Below, in pieces: positions 1-11,100 of a stretch of 64,000 nucleotides of DNA (position 1 is the stretch's first letter; every line of letters begins with the position of its first letter). Origin of the DNA: an uncultured Alphaproteobacteria bacterium (GTDB lineage Bacteria; Electryoneota; RPQS01); the NCBI GenBank assembly GCA_964444755.1, contig CAYUIF010000006.1:30735-94734 (forward strand), read 5' to 3'. Made by a program: the position numbers and the translations under genes. The notes below the pieces were generated by a model. That model made no database searches. It had not been told where the DNA came from and saw only the letters and a program-made list of their open reading frames with translations.

Positions 1-316
1 TCAGGAATCATCGAATAACTACGGTTACTTTCAATGTATAATGAATTATAATGTGATACTTGATTTTTACGTAAGTATATTATATTTTGGATATAAGTTA
101 TCCGCCAATATAACAAGGTATCATATTGAGCCTGTTCACGTCCGATCACTGATGCTTAGTGCAGTCAATGATTCTGGAGTGCCTTGATCCTGACAGAATA
201 ATGAATGCTGTTTTCGGAACATCAATTCATGGATTACCGTAATAATAATATAGCCAACCCTTCTTCAGGTTATCTTAATTTATAAATTTCAATGATTAAC
301 GAGTGGCTATGAGATA

Positions 317-991
317 GTGGAGAACCAGCGTTTGATTGAGCCGTTCGCTCTAAAAGACTGTTCGCAGATCACGATTTCTACGGGTAAGCACGCATATTCA
401 TTACGCGAGCTGAATACCCATTTACGTGAAGTCGAGATCGAGAGCGTCTACCAACATTTTTGGGGGGGACGATTAGCGGCGCAATTCGACGAACCGGAAT
501 TCCAAAACGATTTCGCCTCATGGGTCAGCCGCGGGCTGCATGATCAAGCCTTATCCGAGCAATTGGGGATTCTGAATCCCACTGATTATCCTGATCTGGA
601 AGATCTGCGGACCGAGATCATTGATATCGTCGAAACCCGATTGGCGCAACAGGATTTTCTTAGTTGGATGCAGGTGGATCATCCGTTCTCCTTTGTGCGC
701 GCACAAATTGTTGTGTTTGACACCCACCGCCGTCTGCGCAATGTTCATGAATTGGCAGCGGCAATTCCCTCCATGTCGGTCGGCAGTATCTTTTATCATT
801 TTATTGACGCCCGCCGCCGGGATCCCATCGGCAAGGATGATTTCCGGGCATGGTTGGATAATTTTGAAAACGAACATGACGGACTTGGCAAAGAATTGGC
901 TGGGGTAGAGCCCTATTTCGGATCACTGACGGATCTGCGCGCGCAACTGACGGATGTGTTCCATAAGTATCTGGGGAATACATCATGCTGA
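317..991 (+). CDS. conserved hypothetical protein, first gene of the trehalose-synthesis operon
   Basis: 224-aa ORF with no motif I can assign. Its stop overlaps the start of the downstream treT-like gene by 7 nt (985..991), so the two are translationally coupled. A ~300 nt AT-rich region precedes it. Confidence 0.5.
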   Translation: MENQRLIEPFALKDCSQITISTGKHAYSLRELNTHLREVEIESVYQHFWGGRLAAQFDEPEFQNDFASWVSRGLHDQALSEQLGILNPTDYPDLEDLRTEIIDIVETRLAQQDFLSWMQVDHPFSFVRAQIVVFDTHRRLRNVHELAAAIPSMSVGSIFYHFIDARRRDPIGKDDFRAWLDNFENEHDGLGKELAGVEPYFGSLTDLRAQLTDVFHKYLGNTSC

Positions 992-2229
992 ATGCCACCC
1001 TGGAAGACTACGCGGCGGTTGTCGGAAACGATGTAATCGATCATCTTCGGCAATTGGCACAGCCGCTGCAAGGGAAAACCGTCGTTCATGTCAATTCCAC
1101 TCGTTCCGGCGGCGGCGTAGCGGAAATCCTCGACCGTTTGGTCCCGCTCATGAAAGAGTTGGGAATCCAAACAAGTTGGGAAGTGATACAGGGTAACAAC
1201 GAATTTTATCAATGTACCAAAAGCTTTCACAACGCACTCCAAGGCCAGACGACTGAAATATCCGACTCGCTGCGCCAAGCCTATGAACAGACCAATGAGG
1301 AAAATGCCGCCGCACTACGCGACAAATTGGTAAATGCGGATGTTGTATTCATTCATGATCCCCAACCCGCTCCGCTGCTTCGTCATATACCGAATCGGCG
1401 AGGAAAATGGATTTGGCGGTGCCACATTGACGTGGCAACCCCCTATCGTCCAGTATGGAAGTACTTGCGATCGTTTGTTGAACCTTACGACGCGAGTATT
1501 TGGTCGCTGGCAACCTTTGCCCAACCGCTAAAGCATGTGCAGTATTTGATTCCGCCGAGCATTGATCCGCTCAGCGAAAAGAATATCGAACTGGATGACG
1601 AAGAAATCAGCGCAACATGCTCCCGCTTCGGAATTGACCGGTCATGCCCGCTGATCGTACAAGTATCGCGATTCGATCGTTTCAAGGATCCGATCGGCGT
1701 GATCCGCGCCTATCATTTAGCCTTGGAATACGTTCCGAATCTGCAGTTGGTGTTGGTCGGCAGCGGAGCAACCGACGATCCGGAAGGAGACGCTGTATTA
1801 CAAGAGGTTCGACAGGCAGCGGGAACGGATCCCCGAATTTTCATTTTACTGCTCCCGCCCGATGCTCACCGCACCATCAATGCACTTCAGCGCGCGGCGG
1901 ACATCGTCATTCAAAAATCACTGCGGGAAGGTTTTGGACTGACGGTAACGGAAGCACTCTGGAAAGAAAAGCCCGTTATCGGCGGAAATACCGGCGGAAT
2001 CCGTTTGCAGGTTGTAAATTATCATACCGGTTTCTTAGTCAGCTCTCCCGAGGGCGCTGCGACCCGGCTGCGATATTTGCTTCGCAATCGAGATCGCCTT
2101 GAAGACATGAGCCACAAAGCCCATGCGTTCGCTCGCGACAATTTCCTCATCACGCGTCACCTCCGGGATTATCTGACGATGATCGTTGCGATCCTGTTTA
2201 ACGCGCAACAACGGATCGAATTGGGTTAA
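985..2229 (+). CDS. treT: GT4-family retaining glycosyltransferase, TreT-like trehalose glycosyltransferring synthase
   Basis: 414 aa. The N-terminal VHVNSTRSGGGVAEIL motif, FYQCTKSFHNALQG, WIWRCHID, PPSIDPLSEKNIELD, QVSRFDRFKDP, DDPEG, and the C-terminal REGFGLTVTEALWKEKPVIGGNTGGI...GFLV and NFLITRHLRDYL all resemble archaeal/bacterial TreT as I recall it, and show the GT4 E-x7-E signature. Confidence 0.6.
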   Translation: MLNATLEDYAAVVGNDVIDHLRQLAQPLQGKTVVHVNSTRSGGGVAEILDRLVPLMKELGIQTSWEVIQGNNEFYQCTKSFHNALQGQTTEISDSLRQAYEQTNEENAAALRDKLVNADVVFIHDPQPAPLLRHIPNRRGKWIWRCHIDVATPYRPVWKYLRSFVEPYDASIWSLATFAQPLKHVQYLIPPSIDPLSEKNIELDDEEISATCSRFGIDRSCPLIVQVSRFDRFKDPIGVIRAYHLALEYVPNLQLVLVGSGATDDPEGDAVLQEVRQAAGTDPRIFILLLPPDAHRTINALQRAADIVIQKSLREGFGLTVTEALWKEKPVIGGNTGGIRLQVVNYHTGFLVSSPEGAATRLRYLLRNRDRLEDMSHKAHAFARDNFLITRHLRDYLTMIVAILFNAQQRIELG

Positions 2230-2231
2230 CC

Positions 2232-3047
2232 ATGCCTCCAGAAATGAATATCGAAGGGATTCCCGGATTTTGGAAGATCGTATCTTCGAAACCACACCGC
2301 TTGTTAGCCCTTGACTATGATGGAACATTAGCACCATTTCGCATCGAGCGAATGGACGCCGAACCGCTGTTAGGAATCCTCGACGCCTTAGTGGAAATTC
2401 AATCATGTTCCAGTACATCGTTGGCGATCATCTCCGGAAGACCGGTCAATGAAGTCGCGCAATTGCTGGGCGATCTTTCAGTTCCGCTATATGGCGCTCA
2501 TGGCTATGAATACCTCGATGAACAGAACGCCTTGCGGCTATTCTCACCCGATGAGGCAAATTGTGACGGTTTAAATACAGCATTACGTGCCGCTCAATCG
2601 GCGGGCTTGTTCGAAATGACGGAGAAAAAAATATCCAGTGTCGCGATTCATACGCGCGGTCGAGACAACGCCCAGAATATACTCGACCGAATCATTAAAC
2701 TATGGGAACCGATTGCACAAACGACAAACCTTAAAATCCGGCACTTCGACGGCGGTGTCGAAATGAGGGCAACCGATCGCGATAAAGCGACGGCGATTCA
2801 AGAACTTCTTGAGACCTGCCCAAGAGGGACGTTACCCGTCTATATAGGCGACGACGATACGGATGAGGACGCGTTTCAATTCCTTCGGAAAACGGGTGGC
2901 TACGGAATTCGGGTCGGAGATAAGCGACAGCAGACTGCAGCATTAGGATCCTTGCCAAATTGTGAAAGTGTTTTAAGATTTCTCCACACATGGCGGCGAA
3001 TTATATGTCCTTCACAGGCGAAGACGATCCGCACGATTCAGCACTGA
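2232..3047 (+). CDS. otsB: trehalose-6-phosphate phosphatase (HAD-IIB)
   Basis: HAD motif I LALDYDGTLAP and motif IV GDDDTDEDAF match OtsB. It lies between treT and otsA. The last 58 nt overlap the otsA ORF. Confidence 0.8.
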   Translation: MPPEMNIEGIPGFWKIVSSKPHRLLALDYDGTLAPFRIERMDAEPLLGILDALVEIQSCSSTSLAIISGRPVNEVAQLLGDLSVPLYGAHGYEYLDEQNALRLFSPDEANCDGLNTALRAAQSAGLFEMTEKKISSVAIHTRGRDNAQNILDRIIKLWEPIAQTTNLKIRHFDGGVEMRATDRDKATAIQELLETCPRGTLPVYIGDDDTDEDAFQFLRKTGGYGIRVGDKRQQTAALGSLPNCESVLRFLHTWRRIICPSQAKTIRTIQH

Positions 3048-4552
3048 AGCGGCTGGTCGTCGTTTCCAATCGGTTGCCGATCAGTATTTCACGGGATGTG
3101 AACGGTTTACCAATTGTCCAACAGGGATCCGGCGGTTTGGTAACGGCGTTAGGCCCCGTATTGAAAAATCGCGGAGGTCTGTGGATCGGATGGCTGGGCA
3201 CAGCTGATTTGCACGACACCCCATTGATTCTCAATCAAGGCAGCCGTCGGTCTGGTTATACGTTGCTGCCCGTCGAGTTGAACCAAGAAGAGGTTGACAA
3301 ATACTACGCCGGTTTTGCCAATGAAGTATTATGGTTCTTGTTTCACGGATTGAGTACGCTCTGTAATTTCGACCAGAGCTATTGGCCGATTTATGAGCAA
3401 GTAAACGGCAAGTTCGCAAAAACCATCGCTGGTCATATATCATCCGCGGATTTCATATGGGTTCAAGACTATCATCTGCTGCTAACCGCACGGGAACTAC
3501 GAGCGCAACAGATTCATAACAAACTGGGCTTCTTCCTGCATATCCCATTCCCTTCACTGGATACGTTCGTTCGCATGCCTTGGCGTTATGAGCTTCTTCA
3601 CGCCATGCTTCATTACGATATCATTGGTTTCCAAACGTTGCGGGATATGCGCAATTTCGTCCAGTGCGTTCGCAACGTATTCCCCGGGGCACGAACCAGC
3701 GGTGGCGTTTCGGTACAAACCTTGCGGGTGGCGGACCGTGAACTTCGGATCGGTGCGTTTCCGATCGGAATAGATTTCAAGTATTTTGCGCGGCGCACCG
3801 CCAGCGAGGAAATCCGACACGCATCGTTGGAATTGCAGGCAGATCTCAGCGTTCCGAAGCTGATCTTGGGCATTGACCGTTTGGATTACACCAAAGGACT
3901 GCTGCGGCGCGTACAGGCATTCGGTGAAGCACTCAATCGGCATCCCGAATTGCATGGACGAGTCACGTTCCTGCAAGTAGTTGTTCCCAGCCGCTTGGAT
4001 GTCAGCCGCTATCAACTACTCAAAGATGAGCTGGAACGAACGATCAGCGATATCAACGGTCAATACACGCACCCTGGTTGGGTACCGATTCAATACATCT
4101 TCCGCTCGCTGACCGATGTCGAATTGCTGGCTTATTACCGAATCGCGGACGTGGCGTTGGTCACCCCGTTGAAGGACGGGATGAATCTGGTGGCTAAAGA
4201 GTTCTGCGCCAGCAAGATCAATGATGACGGGGTGCTGATACTCAGCGAATTTGCCGGCGCGGCGGCACAGCTTCAGAATGATGCCTTGTTGGTCAATCCG
4301 TACGATATTCGAGGCACAGCCGATGCGATTTATCGCGCTTTAACAATGGATATTCAGGAACAGCGACAACGGATGCGTCGTTTGCGGCGGATTATCCAGC
4401 GCAGTAATGTCTTCCGCTGGGTGGACAACTTCCTGAAAGCCTCCATTGCCAAAAGTATAAAAGATTTTCCCCCGATCGGCGACTTGCCGCCGGTTATCAT
4501 GATGAATAAACCGATAGATCAGACCAATCCAAAAGCTGAAACAATCAGCTAA
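2990..4552 (+). CDS. otsA: alpha,alpha-trehalose-phosphate synthase (UDP-forming), GT20
   Basis: [10 protein letters not shown]-terminus, [60 protein letters not shown] and NPYD are collinear with E. coli OtsA. The start may be the ATG at 3005. Confidence 0.9.
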   Translation: MAANYMSFTGEDDPHDSALKRLVVVSNRLPISISRDVNGLPIVQQGSGGLVTALGPVLKNRGGLWIGWLGTADLHDTPLILNQGSRRSGYTLLPVELNQEEVDKYYAGFANEVLWFLFHGLSTLCNFDQSYWPIYEQVNGKFAKTIAGHISSADFIWVQDYHLLLTARELRAQQIHNKLGFFLHIPFPSLDTFVRMPWRYELLHAMLHYDIIGFQTLRDMRNFVQCVRNVFPGARTSGGVSVQTLRVADRELRIGAFPIGIDFKYFARRTASEEIRHASLELQADLSVPKLILGIDRLDYTKGLLRRVQAFGEALNRHPELHGRVTFLQVVVPSRLDVSRYQLLKDELERTISDINGQYTHPGWVPIQYIFRSLTDVELLAYYRIADVALVTPLKDGMNLVAKEFCASKINDDGVLILSEFAGAAAQLQNDALLVNPYDIRGTADAIYRALTMDIQEQRQRMRRLRRIIQRSNVFRWVDNFLKASIAKSIKDFPPIGDLPPVIMMNKPIDQTNPKAETIS

Positions 4553-4569
4553 CCAACAACACATTTCCT

Positions 4570-5637
4570 ATGCTTACCGATTTACTTCAACCCGTCTTCA
4601 TCAGGCATGCCCTTACGGCGATAATAATCCTTGTCGCAGGAGCCATTGTCGGTTTCATCTTCGATCGTGTGCTGCTCGCCATTCTTCGCCGCGCCGCCGC
4701 CCGCACCAAATGGGAAGGTGACGATATCGTCATCAGCGCTATAAAAGGTATCTCAGTACTCTGGTTTGTAATCGGGGCAGCCTTCATTGCACTGCAAACC
4801 ATCAAGATGCCTGAACGTTATCTACTCATCAGCAACAAGGCGTTGGTAGTGGTGCTGATCATGTCGGTAACGGTGGTTGCCGCACGAATTATTGCCGGGC
4901 TTTTAGATCTGTACGTGCGCAAGAATGAGGCAACCACGCAATCCGTGTCCATTCTGACGTTGGTCGGACGGGTGATCATTTATGCGGTAGGCGTGCTCAT
5001 CGCACTGCAATATTTGGGGATTTCCATCGCACCCATTCTTACCGCCTTGGGTGTCGGCGGCTTAGCCGTGGCCTTAGCGCTGCAGGGTGTGCTCTCCAAC
5101 TTGTTCTCCGGAATGCAGATCATCGCCTCCCGCAAAGTCAAGGTCGGGGACTTCATTCGTTTGGAAACCGGTGAAGACGGATTCGTCGAGGACATCAACT
5201 GGCACAATACCGTAATACGGGCTTTGTCCAACAATCTGATCGTCGTTCCCAACTCCAAATTAGCGAATGCGGTGGTGACCGATTATCATGAGCCTTCAAA
5301 AGATATGTCCACCTTAGTCCAAGTGGGCGTATCCTATCGCAGTAATCTGGAACATGTGGAAGCGGTTACGATTGATGTGGCGAGGGATATCATGCGTACG
5401 GTCGCCGGTGGAGTGGAGGATTTCGAACCGTTTATTCGCTATCATACCTTCGGTGATTTCTCTATTCAGCTTACCGTTATCCTGCGAGTCAAAGAGTTCA
5501 CTGACCAATACCTGATCAAACATGAATTCGTTAAGCGATTGCATGCAAGATATGCCAAGGAAGGCATCGAAATTCCGTTTCCGATTCGAACGATTGAAAT
5601 GCGGCAGGTTCCTTTGAAAACCGAGTCGAAGCAATAG
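4570..5637 (+). CDS. mechanosensitive ion channel, MscS family
   Basis: N-terminal TM helices, then a pore-lining helix rich in G/A (ALQYLGISIAPILTALGVGGLAVALALQGVLSNLFSG). The beta domain (VKVGDFIRL...GFVEDINWHNTVIR...LIVVPNSKL) is typical of MscS-family small-conductance channels. Confidence 0.8.
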   Translation: MLTDLLQPVFIRHALTAIIILVAGAIVGFIFDRVLLAILRRAAARTKWEGDDIVISAIKGISVLWFVIGAAFIALQTIKMPERYLLISNKALVVVLIMSVTVVAARIIAGLLDLYVRKNEATTQSVSILTLVGRVIIYAVGVLIALQYLGISIAPILTALGVGGLAVALALQGVLSNLFSGMQIIASRKVKVGDFIRLETGEDGFVEDINWHNTVIRALSNNLIVVPNSKLANAVVTDYHEPSKDMSTLVQVGVSYRSNLEHVEAVTIDVARDIMRTVAGGVEDFEPFIRYHTFGDFSIQLTVILRVKEFTDQYLIKHEFVKRLHARYAKEGIEIPFPIRTIEMRQVPLKTESKQ

Positions 5638-5654
5638 TTATCCCGAACCCGCAA

Positions 5655-5700
5655 AAATGAAACGGGGCGAGCTTAAGGCTCGCCCCGTTTCATTATTATT
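5655..5700. terminator. bidirectional Rho-independent terminator between convergent mscS-family gene and S9 peptidase gene
   Basis: Perfect inverted repeat ATGAAACGGGGCGAGC / GCTCGCCCCGTTTCAT (16-17 bp stem, 4-5 nt loop) followed by ATTATTATTTAT. An A-run on the 5' side lets it act in both directions. Confidence 0.8.
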
Positions 5701-5708
5701 TATGACGG

Positions 5709-7568
5709 CTATTTTTTCGACACATACTTACTCAGAAATTCGGCTACCGCCGAGTAGGCTGCTATACGGTTCTTGGTTTTCGTCAGTCCGTGTCCCTCAT
5801 CTTCAAAGAGGAGGTACTCGACGATCCCGCCGTTTGCGTGAATCGCCTCCACCATTTGCTCGGCTTCGGATTTGGGAACGCGCGGATCATTCGCGCCTTG
5901 AATAATGAATAGCGGTGCCCGAATCTTGTCCGCTGAGTTCAGTGGAGAAATACTCTCCAGAAGTTCACGATCGGTCGCCAATCTGCCGTATTCGGCTTCG
6001 CGAAGCGCCCGCCGATAACCGCCGGTGTTTTCAAGAAACGTCACGAAGTTAGCAATTCCTACGATGCTCACACCGGCGGCCCATGTCTTCGGATAATTTG
6101 CTAATGCCGCAAAAACGGCATAACCGCCATAGCTGCCGCCGAAAATGGCGAGCTTCTTCGCGTCAATATCCGGCTGCGTCGTCAGCCAATCTGCGGCCGC
6201 TTCGATATCCTTGATCGCATCCGGACGTTTCTCGACATTGTCGAGATCCATATACGATTTGCCGTAACCGGAGGAACCGCGAATATTCGGTTCCAGGATC
6301 GCAAAACCGCGGCTGAGAAAATACTGAAACAATCCCGACATATCCGGACGTGCTTGTGCTTCCGGTCCGCCGTGAATCGCGACAACCACCGGCATTTTTC
6401 CCTTTACTCCGAGTGGTTTATACCAAAAAGCGGGAATTTTCCTGCCGTCAAAGGTCGGATATTCAATCAGCGCCGGCGAGATGAAGGAGGTGCGGGGAAT
6501 GCCGCCGGTGGCGCTGAAGGTTGCCTGGTGCAGTTTATCCGCATAGGTTTCATAGACCCAAACATCGAACTGACGATCACCCGATCCGTACGTATAAAAT
6601 AATTTCGAACCGTCATTGGTGAACCGAAGGTCCTTCATAACACCCCGGGGGAAGCGACTGGGCGGCGAATCAGTCCCGCGCCGAAGATTGCGAATATGCA
6701 TTACCGAACTGCCGTTCTCATTGACCGTCCACGCGAGATAAGCCCCATCCCGCGACAGAGCCAATTGCTCCACATCCCAGTCGGGAGTCGCTACCCACCG
6801 AAAATCCGCGCTGTCGAGCGGCCAATAGGCAAGTCCCGAAAATTCCCGATCGCGATCCGTCAGCAGATAGAATCCCTCACCTTCGGCATCCCATAGCGGA
6901 GACGTGAAAATCACATTGCCGGTATGCTCGGTCAGCGGCCGGGTCGCTCCGGATTCACGATCAAAGAGCAGAATATCGCCGTTGGACGCGGAGTACATTC
7001 GCTCGATTAATAAATACCGGTTGTCGGGTGAGTAAGAAACAGCCGAGTTCGTTCCGCTTCCCTGATAAAGCAGGGTTGGCCTCATCGCGGTCACATCGTA
7101 TTCATAAATATCAAAATCAACCCGGTTACGGGTATTGGACGCGTAAGCGAAGCGAGCTCCGTCTGCCGCCCAGCAACCGAAACGATAGATTGCATTATCA
7201 TCGTCGGTCAATCGCACCCATTCACCGCCATAGGGATTCACTTGATAGAGCTGTGAACGCTCGTTCCCGCCAACCGCCGCAGCCACAATCAGGAGATCCG
7301 CATAGACGGGCGACCACCATGCCGCTTCAACACCATTCGTATCGAAGGACACCTGGTTTTGATAGCCGGAACCGGCGCTGATACGCCATACCTGCGGTAC
7401 GCCGGTGATATTCGTTATGTATGCGAATTCATTGCCGCTGGGATGCGGAGTCGGTTTAACGGCATATTGGATATTCAAGTAGTTCAACAGCGGAAAGCCG
7501 TTGACACCGGCAGCATTCAGCATTACCAGTGCAATTACTGCTATGAGTATTCTAATCGGTTGATTCAT
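5709..7568 (-). CDS. S9 family serine peptidase (prolyl oligopeptidase/acylaminoacyl-peptidase type) with N-terminal beta-propeller, secreted
   Basis: Signal peptide MNQPIRILIAVIALVMLNAAGV. The propeller region carries PD40-like repeats. The C-terminal alpha/beta-hydrolase domain has the GGSYGG nucleophile elbow, plus conserved Asp and His positions. Confidence 0.75.
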   Translation of the reverse strand: MNQPIRILIAVIALVMLNAAGVNGFPLLNYLNIQYAVKPTPHPSGNEFAYITNITGVPQVWRISAGSGYQNQVSFDTNGVEAAWWSPVYADLLIVAAAVGGNERSQLYQVNPYGGEWVRLTDDDNAIYRFGCWAADGARFAYASNTRNRVDFDIYEYDVTAMRPTLLYQGSGTNSAVSYSPDNRYLLIERMYSASNGDILLFDRESGATRPLTEHTGNVIFTSPLWDAEGEGFYLLTDRDREFSGLAYWPLDSADFRWVATPDWDVEQLALSRDGAYLAWTVNENGSSVMHIRNLRRGTDSPPSRFPRGVMKDLRFTNDGSKLFYTYGSGDRQFDVWVYETYADKLHQATFSATGGIPRTSFISPALIEYPTFDGRKIPAFWYKPLGVKGKMPVVVAIHGGPEAQARPDMSGLFQYFLSRGFAILEPNIRGSSGYGKSYMDLDNVEKRPDAIKDIEAAADWLTTQPDIDAKKLAIFGGSYGGYAVFAALANYPKTWAAGVSIVGIANFVTFLENTGGYRRALREAEYGRLATDRELLESISPLNSADKIRAPLFIIQGANDPRVPKSEAEQMVEAIHANGGIVEYLLFEDEGHGLTKTKNRIAAYSAVAEFLSKYVSKK

Positions 7569-7572
7569 ACCG

Positions 7573-8190
7573 TTATTTTCTCCTGCGGATTAATTCCGGT
7601 TCGATTCGTTCATCCCAAAAACGATCAATCTGCGTTCGCAGATCAACCGCCGTTCCGTCATTCAACAAAATACAATCGGCTTCAGCCATTTTCAATGCAA
7701 TGGGGATCTGTTGATTGATCCGGCTTCGCACTTCGGTTTCGCTCAGGCGGCCGCTTACAGACACCCGTTTGATGACATTTTCAATATCCGCAGTGACCAA
7801 TACAACTAAGTCGAATTCTTCCTCGATTCCCCATTCGAAAATCATCGCGGCGTCGAACACGACAACATCGCTCCGGGATCCCGAAACTGCTTTCCTATAC
7901 AGCTGCCAGATGGGGGGAAAAGTCAATTCAGTCAGCCATCGGGCTTCCGGTACATCGGAAAAGACACGTCTGCCAAGTTCCCGGCGATTCAGCGATCCAT
8001 CCTCGTGAAAAACGTCCGATCCGAAACGCGCTCGCACCTGCTCCAACAGATGCGGCGTCCCTTCGAGTGCCTGCCGCCCCAGATCATCACCCACGATGAT
8101 CTCGGCGCCGTGACGGCGAAATTCGGCGGCAGCGGTGGATTTACCGGTTCCGATTCCCCCCGTTAGTCCGATTTGCAGCGGCAGCGTCAT
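7573..8190 (-). CDS. coaE: dephospho-CoA kinase
   Basis: P-loop GLTGGIGTGKST at the N-terminus and a length of about 200 aa fit CoaE. It overlaps the upstream protease gene by 4 nt. Confidence 0.85.
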   Translation of the reverse strand: MTLPLQIGLTGGIGTGKSTAAAEFRRHGAEIIVGDDLGRQALEGTPHLLEQVRARFGSDVFHEDGSLNRRELGRRVFSDVPEARWLTELTFPPIWQLYRKAVSGSRSDVVVFDAAMIFEWGIEEEFDLVVLVTADIENVIKRVSVSGRLSETEVRSRINQQIPIALKMAEADCILLNDGTAVDLRTQIDRFWDERIEPELIRRRK

Positions 8191-11100
8191 CGCAAGATCG
8201 CCAGTTTCCCGCGAATTTTATCATCACCCGCTTCGATAGTATAGAGATAAACACCTCCCGCCACCTCATCACCATGTTCATTCCGCAAATCCCACCGCGA
8301 TCCGCCCAGCCGGTTGTCGTGTTCGATCTTACAGACCTCGATTCCCTGTAAAGTGAAAATACGGATAGTTGCGCGTTCCGGCAGTCCGGCAAACATCACG
8401 CCGGTTTCCCCATTGGCACCGATGCGACGATAAGGATTCGGATACACATAGGCATTCGTAATCGAGGATGTTGTAGCACCCAACAGCAACGGTGTTTCAC
8501 CCGTAGCGTTCAGCAAACGACCATCCATCGCTGCAATATTCGATAACCATAGCGTGTCCACCACGCCCAGGGCACCGATCGGATAACGCGGATCGAGATG
8601 AAGACGAATCACACTACGTTCAGCCGATAACGAATCCACCCGTTCAACACGGCGCGGGCCATCTAAACGATAATTCGCCTGATGCATGACCGAGGACGAC
8701 ATACCTTCAGAAAAGGTGATTTCAATTGTTGTGGCGGTGATACCGCCGAGGACGGTGGCCTTCAATACCTGCGGATAGATTTCCGTTGAATAAACAACCT
8801 CGAAGACAACCGGAGATTCGAAAGCGGGCAGCAGCGATCCTTGGGCGTCGCGAAGATCGCGCAATTCGAGGCTGTGCCATCCCGCCGACAATGCTCCATC
8901 AAACGTCAATGCCGCCGCCCGCCCGCCTTCCGCGGACAAGATCAGCGAGGGCATGCGGCCGTCCTCCAATCGGTAACCGCGCTGCAAAAACGCTGAGGGT
9001 CCCATGACCTCGGAAAACTTTACCTGCACAAAATGCGGTATGATAAATCGCGCAGTATCATCGGCGGCAGGCGGTTCGTTCGCGATAACGGTAATATAAT
9101 TGGATCGAACACTCTCGGCAATCGGAAAGTCTGCATTGAGAGAGGTCACGGCATAAGTATAAGGAATATCCGTCGGAACATTCGACAGCGTAAACACGGT
9201 ATCCAACGTCGCGGCAATCCGCTGGAAGACAAACGAATCTTCCGCACGATACACACGGTAGCTGTCCGCTTCCGCGACACTCCGCCAGTTCAGACGAATT
9301 GTTGAAGTGCTCAAAGGTTCGCCATTCAGCGCAAAGGGCGGTGCCGGGCGATTACCGGCACTCCCCGCGGACTCGATAAGCGCATAGCGCATTCCATCCG
9401 AATAAAGGGCATCGTTGATTCCATCGCCGCTAAGATCGGCAATCAGTGTCGTATTGGATTCGGAGGGACTGGCATACCAGCGAGGCTCATAACGTCCGGT
9501 TACGGGATCCCGCGCAATGACATAATAATCCGGATAAGCGGAAATGAGGATCTCGGCTTGACCGTCACCATCAATATCGCCGGCGGCGACGGATGCCGGA
9601 TGCTGTGTAACATCCTCATTGCCTAAAATCGAGACCGAATCTACGGCCGCAAATTGATTATCGGCTGTGCATTCAAAAATATAGTATTCCCAATGGCGGC
9701 TCTTGCGCTGGCTTTCCGTACCGCCGAAGGCATTCTCACGGCAACCCGCTGCAAATTCACGGCTGCCATCACCGTCGAAATCTCCGGCTGCCAGCCAGGC
9801 CGTGGCATCCCCCAGCGGCAGCCGGGTTGTCCATTGTTGGCTCATGCGACCGGCTGCCCGTTCACAGAAGATGATATCACCGTCATAATCGCCGTATACG
9901 AAATCCAGTTCTTCATCACGATCCAGATCGCCCACTAAGACAACCGGCGGACCCAATTCGTTGCCGCCGCCGCTTTCATTGGGCAGTGTATCGGTGGCTG
10001 TTAATGCGTAGTTATCGCCCACCGAAAAGATCATCAAACGCGGCCGGCTCGTGCCGGTAACGTTGGTGTAACGGCGTGCTAAGATCTCGCCGTGGCCATC
10101 AGTGGAATCAAGATCAAGGAACGCCGCGCCAATGAAATTCGATGTATCCTCGAAAACAATATCGTTGTTGGGATCGGGCAGCAATTGCGGATCATGCTGC
10201 TCCCAAATCCGCGTCAACGCAGCCCGACGCGCCATAAATTCAAGCAAACCGTCTTCATCGGCATCACCCACAGCCTGCGGTAAATGAATCCCGAACGTAT
10301 AGGGCAAGCGGGTGAAATCGGAACCGCTCCACTCATATACCTCCATATCGCTCAACAGTCCGCCTTCGCCGATGGGTAGCCGCCATACCTCAGGATCGCC
10401 ATTGCGATTGAAGTCCGAAGTGAAGGGTCCGAGGTAGCCGTGAGTCAATCCGGTAAGACTTTGACTCCAAAGGTTCGAAGAAAACGACGGTTTGTTGATC
10501 TCGAACAGGAAAGGATCGGAAAGGGTTTCGAAACCGGCGGCGTTTTCCAAGCGAACGCGCACCGTCCACGCCCCGGAATAAACAAGTTGAGAGAGCATTC
10601 CGGAATGGGCCTTGGCGACATATCCGAAATCTTCGCGGAACGAATCGCCCAGCGCATTCGTCAGCAGCATACTCGCGCCGGAGACTTGATTGGTCCATAC
10701 TTGCACCAGTTCACCGTAGGAGTCCTGGTCGAGCATTTCACGCTTCTTGAGGGAATCAATAATCGGCGCGCTGCGTTGAACGTACAAATGAACATGATCC
10801 ACCGAAAGGGAACCATCAAAACCATGCGACTCCAAGCGAATGTTCAGCACGGTATCCGCAACCGGGAGCGCAATCTCTCCCAATAAGGTGCCGTATACTC
10901 GTTCGTCCCCACCGTTCACCCAATTCCACTCAACGGGATTCTCACCCAAGCCGTATAACAAATCCCAACGAGTAAAGGCACTGCCCCAAGCGTCGCCGAT
11001 AACCGAGATATCCGATGAGTAGCCATCGTCCGTCCGCGGCGACGTGATGCGAGCTACAACTCCCGTTCCGAACGCCGCTTGTTCCACGGCGCGGCGGGCA

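Noticed and set aside
1644-2102. 152-aa Arg/Ser-rich plus-strand ORF in an alternative frame inside treT.
   Set aside because: Low-complexity translation of a GC-rich alternate frame. The treT frame is strongly supported.
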